A stretch of DNA of 64,000 nt, from assembly GCF_031769215.1 (NCBI RefSeq), contig NW_026782173.1, forward strand, positions 2,294,001 through 2,358,000, in the 5' to 3' direction. This DNA is from Ylistrum balloti. Lineage: Eukaryota. Position 1 is the first letter of the stretch. The number at the start of each line of letters is the position of its first letter. Below are positions 47,871-61,600 of this stretch, piece after piece. A program made the translations under genes and the position numbers. The notes beneath the pieces are model-generated. The model did not search any database, was not told the DNA's origin, and saw only the letters and a program-made list of their open reading frames with translations.

Positions 47871-50800
47871 TGTGTTCAGCTGTGGTATAGCGGCATGGAG
47901 GTGTGGAGCACCGGGAATATCAAAAAAAATTATTCGACATCTAGATTAACCTGTTGCAGAGTTTAATTAAGCAGAAAGCTACGTGACAATAGCGTTTGAA
48001 TTTTTTTTCAGAAATACAACGGTATGATTGATCCACTTAATGTTTTTGAAAATACAGCAAAAATTAAAACAACAGTATTGCTTGAAAGCCGAACGAGTGA
48101 GGAAAATTAAAACCGTGGCTTTCTTTTTCAAAGACGTATTGTCGTAATGAAATGCAAACAAAACTTTCTGTGCAACAATTAGTTTGACTTTTAGGCTATT
48201 TTTCTATCAGACTGACAGGACTTAATGGCTAAGTGCTCTATTGTACATTCCTGAATGGTGTGCGTTGGGAACTGTTATCTGACGAGGTAAGAATTTAATC
48301 AATACACGTCATATTTATGTATGTATATATCAATGTATCGCTTTCAAAATTAGATTTTTAATGTATAGCCGCGACTGATGGTTTTATCAGATAGGAGACG
48401 TTGAATACGAGTACATATGCAAGTCAACAAAAGAGAAAAGTTAACGGCAACGACAATAATGTCATAACACTTATTAGCTGTCGGTCCATCATTCAAACTA
48501 AGAACAATAACAGTATGACGTCATTATAAAACCAATAAATCCTACTCGTCATGGCATCATTAACCTGGACAAGATCGATCCTTAAGACGGGATATTGGAA
48601 ATAAACAAAAGTACACAGCGCATTCTATCTTATGGTTCAAGACTCTTCAAAATCTAAAGGTCTTGCTCACAATTAACCGATATTCTTTTCCGCCTCTCGA
48701 AAATGCCACACAAATTGAAGGATATCAAATACCACCGAGAAACCTTTTCTAAATCAAGCATATAAATTGTAGGTTACTTCTCTGTTAAAACACTTCCCTT
48801 ATCTGTTACTATAAATCAACTCTATTGAACATACACAGAACCATTAACAAACACTGTTGTACATATGCAGTGTCAAGCTCCATCTGTCTAGACAATACAT
48901 GATTTTTGTACATAAGTACGTTCCTACCGTTCCTCACCAAGCGATGAAGCGAGGATGATTTTTTTTCAGTCAGAGAAAATTAACTACAGAAAGATGATAT
49001 TGTTGAAGCTTTCCGTGAAATGGAAGATGGCGGTTGGAATAATATTGACATATTATTTTAATGAAACAACAATTTATGATGGGGAGAACATTTTTTAACC
49101 AAAAGGGATTTCCCATTAAAGGAATGTGATTGTAGATGTAAACAAATCCAAATGTGTATCAATCTGGCTAGTAATGGTAATTAAAACAAAACAACAATAT
49201 TTCAAGAATACTGGGATTTACCAATATAACAGGACATCGTAGCGAAGGAAATTAAACATTTTGCTACGGAACTTAAAGGCTGAAATATATATTTCACTAC
49301 CCACATACAGTAACTCATACTTTCTTCTGAAGCAAAATCCTTTATCATTGAAAGTTAACGTAAAATATAAACATTGGAGAGTCAATGATGTAGACAGACG
49401 GAAACTTTTCTGTCATACTGTTAATGATATGGACAAAATTATGACACTACAAGTTTACAATGTTGATGTAATTAATCTTTATATGGTAATAACATAAATA
49501 CCATTACGAAGTGCAAAGGCTTCTACAGATACCGATGGTGAGATACAAAAGCTATAGGAACCGATGACGGACAAAAGATAGAACAAAACCGTCACGGTAT
49601 TGATTGGAATCATCCCATCCGAAATCTCTTACAAAATGATAAAAGAAATGATAACCTTTGCGCGAGCAAATGAATGAATAATGAGTCACAACTGAACACA
49701 AAAAATATAAACTTAAAAAATACATTGGCAGGTAAACGTCATCCATTACTGATGGTACAGTTTACTTGCCTGTGAACTCATCCGAGTGTTTGACAAATTT
49801 GGTTCCTGTGATCTGTGATTAAGGCAACTATCCATAACAAAGTTTGTCGTTGTTTTCCCTTCGGGCTTATCAGCAAACTATTACATTTCTATGCCTTTCT
49901 GTTAATAAAAGGTCGTTTGATGAGCATATTTACAACTGTTGCCACTGCGACCTTGAATATGGGCCAAGGTTATACATTTTTGCAATATTTGCTATGCTTC
50001 ATGACAGAACCTACAGTCCAAATATTTGGAATTGAGGTATTTGATTGTTTTAACAAAAGAATCCCCGTGACACTGAATATGTGTACTTACTTTCCTCAAA
50101 TTTTGTTGGACTTCAGCCAAAAAATATATACCAAATGTTATGATATCAGGCAATATGTCGTTTAAAAATGCTCCTTGTGACCTTGACTAAGTAAAGGTAA
50201 TTTCTTAATATAAATTAGTTATACTTAATCTTATTTCAGGAACCATTCCTTTGAGCGTTTTAACAAGTTTATCACGTAACTTGAACATACGTCGAAGTAT
50301 TTTTTTCTCAAACTTCTTTGGGCTTCATTTCATAAATTTACCAGCCAACTATTATGAATGTGGTGTCATAATCATTGAGAGGTTGTGATCGCCAGACGAT
50401 GGACGTGTCCTTTAGCAAAAGAGACCGTTGGTTTTACTGTTACTGTGAGCCTGGTTTAACCTCTTACGTTGTTGGAGTAATGCTCACTCCGGAGCCTCAA
50501 GTGAGCTGAAAATCAAAAAGACATGTTATAGTTAGCCAGCAGGACTGATTGAAAGTCTCTTCATGAACGATATAATACCAACGCATTAAATAGTTTTTAA
50601 TGTTCGAATTACTCGCTACAATTTAGTCAGAATCGTACAACTGCATCGATTATACACTTCCAGGGGGAAATTGAAACGTTCACCAGATCAGCTGCATTAG
50701 TCGTGTGGTGTTAAATTTATTTTCAAGTAAAATAGTATGGTGATATTTTATTATAAATTACGTAATATGTCCCTATTGGCATGCTTATTGTTTTACCGAC

Positions 50801-53800
50801 TTAGTTCATATTTCTCTTTGGGCAAATTCCTGACGCGGTGTCTTTTGTTTTCATTACGTATAGATACTCTTCAACTCTCTTTTATAGAAAGTACAGTAAG
50901 CTAGTTCACACAGCAACGAATGTGATGCTTACTGTAACACATCTGGAAGGTTCTGATTTCCAAAAAATCTACAGAAAATTGAGTTTCTGATTCACGTACA
51001 CAATTTCTTTCGATATTCAAGAAATCTTTACGAGGTAGATTTCTGGAGCAGGAAATGAATAACGCCTCTATGTGCTTGTCATCCCTTCGCAATGAATGCC
51101 GGGGGAATGTATTAGAATGTGAACCTGTACGTTGTGTACGGTCCTTGTCATCAATCCAGAGGCTACATTCCTTGAGAGAGTTTCATCACACATCACGCAC
51201 TTTTAAAGTTGACTTTTAGGGTTCTATGGTGAAGGTCTTGGTAACCGTTATACTCTAGTTGCTTATGTTCTTTCGGAATTTTGATCAGAACTCACATCTT
51301 TATTAAGGACCATTACAAGTCGAGAGTTCGAGTATAAGAAATTAGGGAGAGTATTAATGTCATTGTTACTGTTTTAAAACAGGGGGATTCTAATCAAACT
51401 TCAAACACTCATGAATGAATATTTTATCTAAGACATGGATTAGTTTCAGGGTTGTGGGATTAAGGTCAAGGTCATTGACTCTTATATAATTCTTTGTCAG
51501 TACTTTAGCGTCTTGATTTCTTGTGGGATTTTCGATCAAACGCCACACATTTATAAAGGACCATAAAATGAGACAAGAAAAACTTTCCAAATTGAAAGGT
51601 CAAAGTCAAGCCCGCCGTTACTGTTTTTAATAAAATCTTTGTTAGCACCAACTGCTTCATTTTTGAGGAATTTCAATCAAACTTCACGCACATATAGAGC
51701 AATTGCGTGTCGGAGGAGTTCGAAAATCGAGATTCCAGTGTCAAAGTCATTGTTTCTGTGTCAGCGCTTTAGTAACTTAATTACTTTCCGAATTTTGGTC
51801 AAACTTGAAGACAACTGGCCATGTTCTTTATTACCATAAGTCAAGATGGAACCATGAGGGGGCTTGTATCATTTGTGATGCCTTGGAACACAATTACACG
51901 TCCTCAGTGACACTACATAAAATGTTTGATACAAAGTAGGGAATTCTCTACAAAGTAGTCTTTTACACGATATGCCATGATATGAAATCGACATTCTCCT
52001 TAGGTATGTTTTTTATATGCGAAGAATTTCTCTTCTATATCAACCATATTACATACTCTCAATACCGAATATAATACCTTGTGTATGGGATGAAATAAGA
52101 CTTCAAATACAAAATTTACACAATGAGATCAGTTTTATTTACAACAAATCATTCCTAATTATGGACCCCTCAATATACATATAAAACATACACACCTCAT
52201 AGTTAAAAACATGTCTTATTCAACTATTTAGATTGAAATGATAAAATTTACTTGTTAATTGCAATGAAATTTTGGTAACGATATACTGATTGGAGTTCTC
52301 AAAGTGGTAACATTTCCAAGATATTGGATATGCACACTTTCCTTCAACATGCACATGATGATAAATATCAGTTTTTTATTCTACCAGTAGTGAGAAGCAT
52401 ACAGATTTACTAATACCTTGATGTACTTGGAGCTACCTTCTTTAATTCCTAAGTCAGCTATAACATGTCCTTGATGTTTCCACTGTGCAATTTACACATT
52501 GTAATGGCTCAATGGGTGACAGGAATTAAGATGATGTATTGAAATGATGCAGTCAAGACCTGTCAACCCCTAAAAATGTCTGAGGAGACTTCCTCTATAG
52601 AAAGTTTAAGCAGATGAGATTGTTCCAGGAATCATTGTCACAAAATTTCATCTCAAATTTACAAGGGTGACAAATCAACAAAACTGTAGTACATAAATAT
52701 GTTTTTATTTATATATCTTCCTGATGCACACGCTTTCATTCTCACTTACAACAAAAAAGTCTTTGTTTTGAATTGGATAAAATATCCTCTGAAGAGGAAT
52801 GTTCTGGATGAGGACGGACACCTTTGTTTGAATCCTACAGTTAAAGGGAGGGTTGGCAGGTATTCAAAATGAAGATGTCACTCTGGTGCAACATCATCAG
52901 CCATGGTTGCTGGCAGACTGTGAGATACAATGTCACCCTATAACAGTAGTGTGGTTATAGATTCCTGGTAGACATGTCAAGAAGAAAATCACTTACATGT
53001 TAGGCAAGTACGCCATTATTGTATAAACATCAGACTTAATTGAACAATGATGTAAAATAATAATCTAAAATCAAGTGAACTTACTGAAGACAATTACAGA
53101 GTAATGAATGTAAAACCAAATCATACCACAATGTAGGAGCTAAGACAATTGTAAGGTCATTCTACTGTGTGGTCACTTTAAGGTTAAACTGGACAGGTTC
53201 TTGAAATATCAAACATCATAAAGAAGCTAATTTAAGGTGACAAGAGTGTTTCAGATAAGTGTGGACACTAGACACTCTATAAAGACAGGTAGTAATCTAT
53301 CATTGTACACAACACTATATACACTGTTATTTAGGAATGATATCCTAAAATTCTCATCAGGAACTTTACAATATCTTAAACCATGTGTTAACATCGTATC
53401 AGTAGTATGTTATACAAACCAGAGAAATGTGTCAAGTCCTAGTGATCTTGATACTAGGTTTATTTCAGGAATCCAGTACATTGTAAAGCATTAAAACAAA
53501 ATGTCTTCACTATTCCTCCACAATGAAACTTTATACAGAGCAAAAATACATTGCAATGATACTTAACCAATATCAAATTGGTAAAGTCCAGCAAGTATAC
53601 CTAGTATCCAGCAGTCAGGCAGCTTGCAATCCTTGTTAAACTCTGCATTATAATGATATCATAAATATTGGAGACTGATATTTTGTTTTTATTCTTCAAA
53701 AACAATTGTTAATCAGAGAAACTAGTGTTTTTAAACTGAATGAAGAACTTTGATATCGCCTTCAGTAGAAATAAAAAACGAAGCTGTTTATTTGTTGTCT

Positions 53801-53964
53801 GCTGAAAAATATTGAATTAAAACACTTCTCAGTCACCATAATTCTGCTTCATTGTAAAGTGAATGCACTAATAGTAGTGACTTTGATCCTCAGTCAGTTG
53901 AAACATTTTGGGGCTTTTTGCCCAAAATGTCTATAAAAGTCACAATCAGATCCATGGTCCTTCC

Positions 53965-54015
53965 TCACCCTGAACAGCCCCGACATCCACAATTCACACA
54001 CTCCACAATTTTACC
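53965..54015 (-). CDS. BUD31: BUD31 coding exon 4
   Basis: [16 protein letters not shown] after a polypyrimidine tract and AG. Confidence 0.97.
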   Translation of the reverse strand, partial: GKIVECVNCGCRGCSG

Positions 54016-57000
54016 CTAAAAATAAAGAAAATATCAATTACTTGTATGTTGTGACTCTGAAAAATAACAGCATCTGGTTAAAGAGCCAGACCCACTACGT
54101 TATAGATATTTTTTCATATTTTATTGACTGGAAATGTTGTTGTATACTAATAGATAATATATAAATAAAGACTTGTATTGAGTTTCGAACTTGAAATTGA
54201 AAGGGTACCGGAGATATCGGTCATTAATCAATACCAGGATGACCAACATGAGGAAAAGTCATGTAATACGTATAGATGCGATCAGAACCAAAACAAAAAT
54301 GGAGGAAGACGTGAGTAGTATGTCCATGTGACATCGCTTATAAAAACATTTTACCGATGAATGCAATCAATACTCTATATATCCTGTATGGAAATCATCT
54401 AACGTATGTATTGATCACATTTTTCAATGCTTAGATATGACACGTGCAGATTATGAGAAAAACTACGATTAATTGCAAAGAGGCCCTCAAATGGGGGCTA
54501 CGATAAGGTAACGAACATAAAGAACATGGCAAAATGGATCTATCTAAAGCGAATGTTCGATGATAAGAGTATTTATGAATATGATTTTAGAGTGATACTA
54601 CATGAGAGAGCCAAACAGAGTATGAACCAGTCACCATCTTCCTTCTTTTCCCCTCAGAGTCCGTCATTACATGTTTTCTTCCCTCGCATGCTTTCTGCCA
54701 TGTTGGAAGACGGCAGATTTATTTACAGTTCTTTGCGTTTGCATCAGAGGGCAGGACTTCACGCATAATTATGAATTAGCACTGAGTCATTTCAAATTCT
54801 TTTTTAAAATTATTTATTACGTTAGATTGGTATCGATTTACTTTAAAATTGCAGTATTACAGGGTTAGTCAGAACTTTTGCTATCCAAGAAAAATAGAAA
54901 ATCATGAATTTTTTTTTATATAAAATAATATCGTTCGAGGAGTGGGTCTGGCTCTTTAATACTATACAATTATCTACTTTATACTAAGTCAATACATGGA
55001 TTTATACACATCGTAAAAGTGAAATTTACCAATAAACCTTATAATAACCTCATATTAGGTTAATAATTGTTTTATTATCAGATAATCATAAAACAATATC
55101 TGCAGCATTAGTGTTGGATGTCATCAAATTGTATCTTAACAGAAAACAAGAAACAATTTTACATGGAACATCAATATGTACAGTATGTAAATTTGTATTT
55201 TACTACACAATTCTGTCTTGATAATTCTGACTGATCACATTTAAAATGAAACTTAAATAAATGAGATATTTGTGTATTTATTGGAAAATTCATCATACAG
55301 TTGAGGTTTTCAAGGTTTAAAACTGCATCAAATGTTTTTTCCTCTTTACAACTAGTGGTACTTCACTGGACACATCTTTGATTTCTTGAATCATTTTGAT
55401 ATCAGTATCTGTGGATATGTTAATTTGAACTCGGTGAACAGACTCTTGACAGGTAAACAGATTTGTAATACTAACCGTACATGCAAGTGATTGCCTATTT
55501 CAGGGTCAATATTGCATTAGTTCAGAATTTTACAAATACTTCATGGACAATCAGAGAAGGGAAAAACAATCAGTCATAAGATAAAATATTTCAAAATGTA
55601 ACTTCCAACTGTTTCAGCTAGCAGTTTAAAATCACAATTAACATGAGTATCAGTAAACTGATGAATGTTCCCGGAGGCAAATCAATAGGACACAAAATTT
55701 TAACAAAAGGTAATAACTCTTTATTTCGGACACTTCATTTTGGTATGACCAAATTGTTCACCAAAATTCTTTATCCTAATTTAAAGGAAAGCAAAGTTAA
55801 GCAAAGATCATAAAATTTTAACAAAGGGAACTAACTCTGTTATTAAAGTGTTGCAGACTTTAAATTTGGTACACTACACATCCTCTTTGTATAACTAATG
55901 TAACACCATCTTTCATTGTCCTAGCTTAAATAATTGCAAAGTTATGTTATGGAAAAAAAAGGTTCAACAAAGAGAAATAATTCTGTAATTGAGGAGCCGC
56001 AGGGTCTGAATTTGGTATACTGCCCATCGCCTTAGTGTCACTAACGTATACAAAATTCAAAATCCTTTTTGTAATTGTGGGAAAAGTTATGCTTTGGACA
56101 TGAAAATTTTGACAAAGGGCCATAATTCTATAATTTAGGGGTTGAGGGCCTTAACATTGATACACTGCACATTGCCTTTGTATGATCAATATATACACTT
56201 AAGTTTTATTTTCCTAGTTTAAATATAAGCTATAAGGTTAATTAAAGTTTAAAGTCATTGGCCCGCTATTTGGTACACTGCACATTGCCTTAGCATGATC
56301 AATGTTTACGGATGATCAACGGATATGAAAGGATAGATGGATTGCTCGACAGACAGCTAAGGCTGCAACTAAATGCTCTCCTTAAAAAAACACACAATGG
56401 ACAATACTTACAGCTTCCAGCTTTCCCTTTGGTACACGACACACACAATTGCTGTTAAAGTTGGTATCCCTAGTCTGAATACACCGCAAACAACACAGAT
56501 TCTCATAGCCTTGCTTTTTCCACTTTGCGATGAGATTTTTGTCAGCAATATTTTCCTTAAGACAGTACTCATACAGTTCTGAAATATTAGATAAATATTT
56601 ATTAGTTCATAAGTAACATTATATAATACAGCATCAAACAGTAAATCAATGATGAAACTGTCCTGTAATATAGCTATTATTCCCTTGTCCTGGAAGTTGT
56701 ATCCATGCTTTTACTGGAGTGAGATTTGCTTGTCATTTTCCTTAGAGAAACAAAGGAGTTCTGTCAGGACAATGGTATGACATCACAGCAATAATTCAAT
56801 CACTTCATGTTAACAAATGAACTTTACCTATAAAAAACAAGGTAGTAAGAGGGAATAATCATTGAACCCTTTGAGGTTAGGATATGTGGGATCTCCACTC
56901 TCATGGGAGGAATTATTAAGATGAAAATCACACATGTACAGAAGTCTGCCTAAAGAGAAATCTTTCCTATCAAGTTGAAATACCTTATATCTCAACCACA

Positions 57001-58395
57001 AGAGAATGAAAGATTCTGGTTGTGTTAATATAAAAATCTAAAACTTACATTGTACATGCCAGTCAAATACAGCTGGCAGAATAAAAATTTATGTACTTTA
57101 TCATCATTAGAATGAGTAAACCTAGAGGGAAACCCTTAGACTTTTATTTCAAATTCTAATTATTTTAGTTTTTAATTGTTTTTGAAGCACAATACTCACA
57201 TCAACACTTACTTATATACAATATCAAGTTTAAATAAAATGTTCAAGTGTAAATGCATTAAGTTCTGATCAGAAATGATTGAGAACAACTGTGTCAGAAT
57301 CTAAAATAAATTAGGTTGGATGATGTGTCAGGCACATGGAAACTACCTCTGCTTATGGCCTTCCTTCTGTAGAACAGGTCAAAGATATAACGTGACTTCT
57401 GATGGTGGATGCGGAATATTGGCCACAGTCCTTCTACCTTTCTTTTACCCTCATGTGGATCAGTTTCAGCTGTAATTAGAAAATGGGAAAAAGTAAATAA
57501 AATTGTTGACAACATGAGACTTTATAATATGTTACTTTGTGACATAACAACATTCATTTGAAATACCAATGCTGTTTCCAGAAAATTGTCATATATAATA
57601 GAGGTCTTTTCCTTCCTTCAAAGACTCTGTTGAGTTGTGGTTGTGTATGCATATTTTCACATCAAAAATTGTACTGGCATACATTTTTTTATACAGGTGC
57701 TCAAAACATGGGATAGGTACATGTTTTTAACTATGTTAACTACTTGACACTAATAGTAACATTTTTACCCATACCCTGTTGAGATTTAATGCCATCAAAA
57801 CTTTTGTTACAGGCATTAAATAATAAGTATGATAAAGAATAAATAAAAAAAATATTTTTTGATAAAAAGCTTTTGATATCAAAAACAAATTTTCATGATA
57901 TTATGCCCTAGCTGCATATGTCACCAAATTAAAGGAAAAAACATGTGCTGCTATTGACGATATTTGAAATAGTGACCTTTCAATCTCTAACTGGATATTC
58001 TAATGCTTGACAAAAGGGAAATTAATTTGCCCCTTCACGAAGTCTTTGACTCGAAGATGACTACAACTCATACCTAGTTCATAATCACCAATGAAGAATC
58101 TCATCCTATGGTTTCTACACATCGCGTCCGAATAAGTTGGATTATAGCCGTGGCCATTAAGACAATCTGGCCTCTCAACTTCTGCAGATTTTCACCGAGA
58201 ATGGGTTATACGGGGCGGTTATACGAGCTATAGGTTTTTGTTTCATTGGCATGTACAATGTACTACCATGTGTACAGATGTATGCTAAATCGACATTTTA
58301 CCTTCCCGCATCTTCTGGTCGAGCTCGTCTATTGTTGGTTCGATCAGCTCCCATCCCTCTGGAGGAGGTTTCCTACTTCTTTTGACTTTTGGCAT
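53965..58395 (-). CDS. BUD31: Protein BUD31 homolog (G10; spliceosome Prp19-associated), 4 coding exons, 144 aa
   Basis: Exons 58395-58302, 57469-57347, 56578-56412 and 54015-53965 (94+123+167+51 = 435 nt, all GT-AG). Translation: [144 protein letters not shown]. Poly(A) signal candidate at 53787-53792. Confidence 0.98.
54082..54955. mobile_element. Non-autonomous Kolobok-type DNA transposon in BUD31 intron 3
   Basis: 15-bp perfect TIRs AGAGCCAGACCCACT (54082-54096) / AGTGGGTCTGGCTCT (54941-54955), with TTAA on both sides (54078-54081, 54956-54959). AG termini with a TTAA target match Kolobok rather than piggyBac (CC termini). Confidence 0.8.
55690..56310. repeat. Degenerate ~115-150-bp tandem modules in BUD31 intron 3
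   Basis: Recurring AAAATTTTAACAAAGGG...AACTCT and TTTGGTACACTGCACATTGCC-like motifs. Confidence 0.55.
56412..56578 (-). CDS. BUD31: BUD31 coding exon 3
   Basis: [10 protein letters not shown]...[18 protein letters not shown]...KLEA with AG/GT boundaries. Confidence 0.97.
57347..57469 (-). CDS. BUD31: BUD31 coding exon 2
   Basis: [41 protein letters not shown] with AG/GT boundaries. Confidence 0.97.
58302..58395 (-). CDS. BUD31: BUD31 coding exon 1
   Basis: [31 protein letters not shown] followed by a GT donor. Confidence 0.97.
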
Positions 58396-58675
58396 GACGA
58401 TATTTTAACCGCAGAACGAGATCAATTGTTTATCTTGTTGCGTGTTATTTTCGTACGTAGAACGACGAGGTCTCGAGTGTAACACAAGAAACTCATTGGG
58501 TTTCCACATCTACTACATAAAGAGTGTCTGCGTGCTGAGTGAGATTGCGACTGCCTTCTTTGGGAAGAGTCGCTTGCACTTCCGGTTTGTGACGAACCCA
58601 GCTCGAGGTTTGAAAGAAGCTAAAACCCCGAAAAAGTTTCTATTTCGTCAAGTTGAAAGGTTCCTGTAGACGATA
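58396..58675. promoter_or_regulatory. Bidirectional promoter / 5' UTR region of BUD31 and PDAP1
   Basis: Only 280 bp separate the two divergent ATGs. The region is locally CpG-richer and carries an ETS/GABP-type motif, CACTTCCGGT, at 58577-58586. Confidence 0.8.
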
Positions 58676-61600
58676 ATGCCAAGAGGTAATGAATATGTAT
58701 TGTCTGTGACTGTTAAAAGGAGGTAATAACTACTTCAAACGTCAAATGTGATACAGCAGTCTAACCACATGTGACTAGTCCAGTTCACACGCGAATATAC
58801 AAAAAACTAATTACAAGATGTAGCAGATGTGATATAAAACTAAGGCTTTGTGTATATATATAACGTAATGTGTGTGTCATTTTATTCTTACAATAAAGAA
58901 CAACACTAGGTAAACACCTAATACAACCCTGTTTATAAATATAGATACAGCTTATGTTATAGTCTTTTATGAGGTATTTGACTATTTTTAGATCAGCTGT
59001 AATTACATAATGTGTGGAAATGAAAGTGATTAAAAAACAGACAAAACTAACAAACTGCATATATGCTATCGTGTTTATCGCAAAATGGATTAAGAAATTC
59101 TTACATTGATTTGGTAGAGTGGCAATTTTCAAAATACCACAGAAAAATGTAATTTACTCATTCCGTGGTCAAAGTTTTCATTTGAAAATTAAAAATTAAC
59201 CTGGTACTGAAATCTTTAGGTTATTCAGATAAATTTCACAAATATATGCATTAATATGGCTTGAGATGCATGTTGCCAAAAGCTTAAGGATAAAGAACAA
59301 TTTTAATCAAGATAATGGCAATCCTGTTACCTGATTTCTGATTTCTACATCGCTTTCTTTAAATGATAAATGGATCGTCTCTTACACAGAGGGTGCCAAA
59401 GGGTTTGGATTTGGCTGGAAACTTGCTTTATTTGATGTCTGTTTAATAATGATAAACTCATGTTTGGACGTACTGGCAAGTTTTGATTTTTGTTTGAGTT
59501 TAGTTATATTTTAAAATCTGTGAAATTCCCTAAAGATTTTATGATATATGATTGAAGCCTTGAAACAGACATAATTCTACAAAGGATTTTCTGCTGATAA
59601 ATATTATGATCTGCCATTATGAAAATATGACAAATAATCAGATGACTATTGAGTTGACTATAAGTCTGGAAAAGTTCTTTCTGAAATGCAGTGGTTAATA
59701 TTTTGGAAAAAGAGAATTGCCAGCTTTCAACAGTTTAGCAGATATACCAGAAATTCCAGAAATCTCTTTACAATCTAGTTTGAAAATTCGATTGGGTATA
59801 ATAGGTTAATTGGTATTTGATCAAGTAAAAGATCGCAAACCGAAACATTCACTCAATAGATGTTTAATTGTAGAAATTCAAAATAAGATGGCTACAAAGG
59901 TCATTATAACATTCAAGGTCCTTACTAATATCACCAGCAACATTTGTCAATTACGAGTTAAAAGTATACCAACTTAATAATCCTTGTTTTGGTGGGGTTT
60001 TGCAGCAAATTGATTGTTACATGCTCACGTGATATTACCAGACACAAAACGAGTCATTATGCATTAGCATTGACATTACACCTGAATATATTATTGATTT
60101 CTTTAGGGGGTGCAAGAGGAGGTGGCAGAGGAGCCAAGCGTATATTCAAGGGTCAGAGACGACATTTCACAAATGAAGACCAAATCAATTCAGACTTGGA
60201 GAAAGCTGAGCGTGAACAGCAATGGCGGGTATGACATATCAGTAATGTGATATCCCATTCTTGTTGTAGTGGATCACAGAATCATGCATTCCTTAGAGGA
60301 CTGTTCAGTTATACATATATAGTAAACCTCCAGTCTGTTCAAATTGATGGATAGTTCAAATACATGATTTTATCAATAAAAACATTACTTTTCTGTCTAG
60401 TAATAGTTTGAACCCTTTCTAGTCTTGTTTCACCTACAATGTGAAACAAGACTAGAAAGTGCTCACAAAACCTTGTTGATTGCAAAATTGGTGTCTTGTT
60501 ATATCCACTTACTATTTTTGTGAATAAGACTAATTAGATTAACTAAAATTGAAGTTATCTATATTCATGGCAATACCTTATTTTGATATTGAGCAATGTC
60601 AACCCAGATAGTTCAAACTATTATTTATTTTGACCAGCATAATTTCATATAATTTGGACGGATTCAGCAATATGTGTTCAATTTCGTTCAAACTGACCGA
60701 AGGTTTACCATATTCACAATATGTACATTGGATAAGTTGTTAATAGTTGGAACAAGTAGGAATGAAGACTAGCAGTGCAACTTGTATTATATTGGCATTG
60801 GTACTACCATGATTTAAATTTTGTCAGCAGCCAATTTTCTGTCCTGTGTCTTGTATTTTTGAAAACTTATTATAGGTAATAGAACAAACGCAACAAATTT
60901 GATTAGCAATGTAAAAACAGTTGTGTTCATCCTTGAAAACAGATTAAACATGAATGTATCTTGCTTTGTTACATAAATCCAGGGGTAGAGACAACACCGT
61001 AAATTCTTATTGAGGTTCCGTTGGTTCTTTATATCCCTTGCCTGGATACCACCCGGTATACAGGGCGATTGAAGAATAGGGGAAACTAAGTATATAAGTC
61101 AATCGCAACAGGTTCGGGATAAGTTGATGTTTTATTAGTGTGAAACAGCTACCGGTTTCGCCTGAACAGTGGTAGACGTTTCACACTAATAAAAAATCAA
61201 CTTATCCCGAACCTGTTGCAATTGACTTATATACTTTGCTTTGTTACAGATATTTTTGTATTTTATTTTGTAGCATCCTACATTATATTTTGTACTGTGC
61301 CACATTTTCACACCTACTAAAACATTAGCAATAATTCTTTATATAATATATATCACATTGTTGTAGTCATCACAAAAATAACTTAAAATAATATATATAT
61401 GGACTCAAAGATTGTTAACAAACATCTCAAGAAAATAAAAATATCACTAGTTTCAGTGAAAAACAAAAAAAAAAGAAATTTTTAGTATGTCACCTGATGT
61501 AAAGTGGCATTGGGCTTATACATTTTATGGTATGATGTTATACCTTTCTGCCAATGTTTTCTTTTAACGGCTTCTTAGGATATGAATGAATACTAACTCT

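Noticed and set aside
47878-47920. tRNA/SINE head (TGGTATAGCGG A-box-like)
   Set aside because: No B-box or cloverleaf follows.
48610-48655. Possible minus-strand hammerhead relic (TTGAAGAGTCTT...AAGATAGAATGCGC)
   Set aside because: Too many core mismatches to distinguish from chance.
49900-51900. Scattered TGACCTTGA / CAAGGTCA / GCTCAC...GTGAGC motifs resembling common molluscan non-autonomous repeats
   Set aside because: Probably real repeat fragments, but boundaries and family cannot be defined by eye.
52780-53100. Additional minus-strand exons downstream of BUD31
   Set aside because: Splice-like motifs exist, but no consistent reading frame or homology was recognised.
61147-61177. Hammerhead ribozyme in the hairpin loop (GAAACCGGTA on the minus strand)
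   Set aside because: No CUGANGA core or stem I at the required positions.
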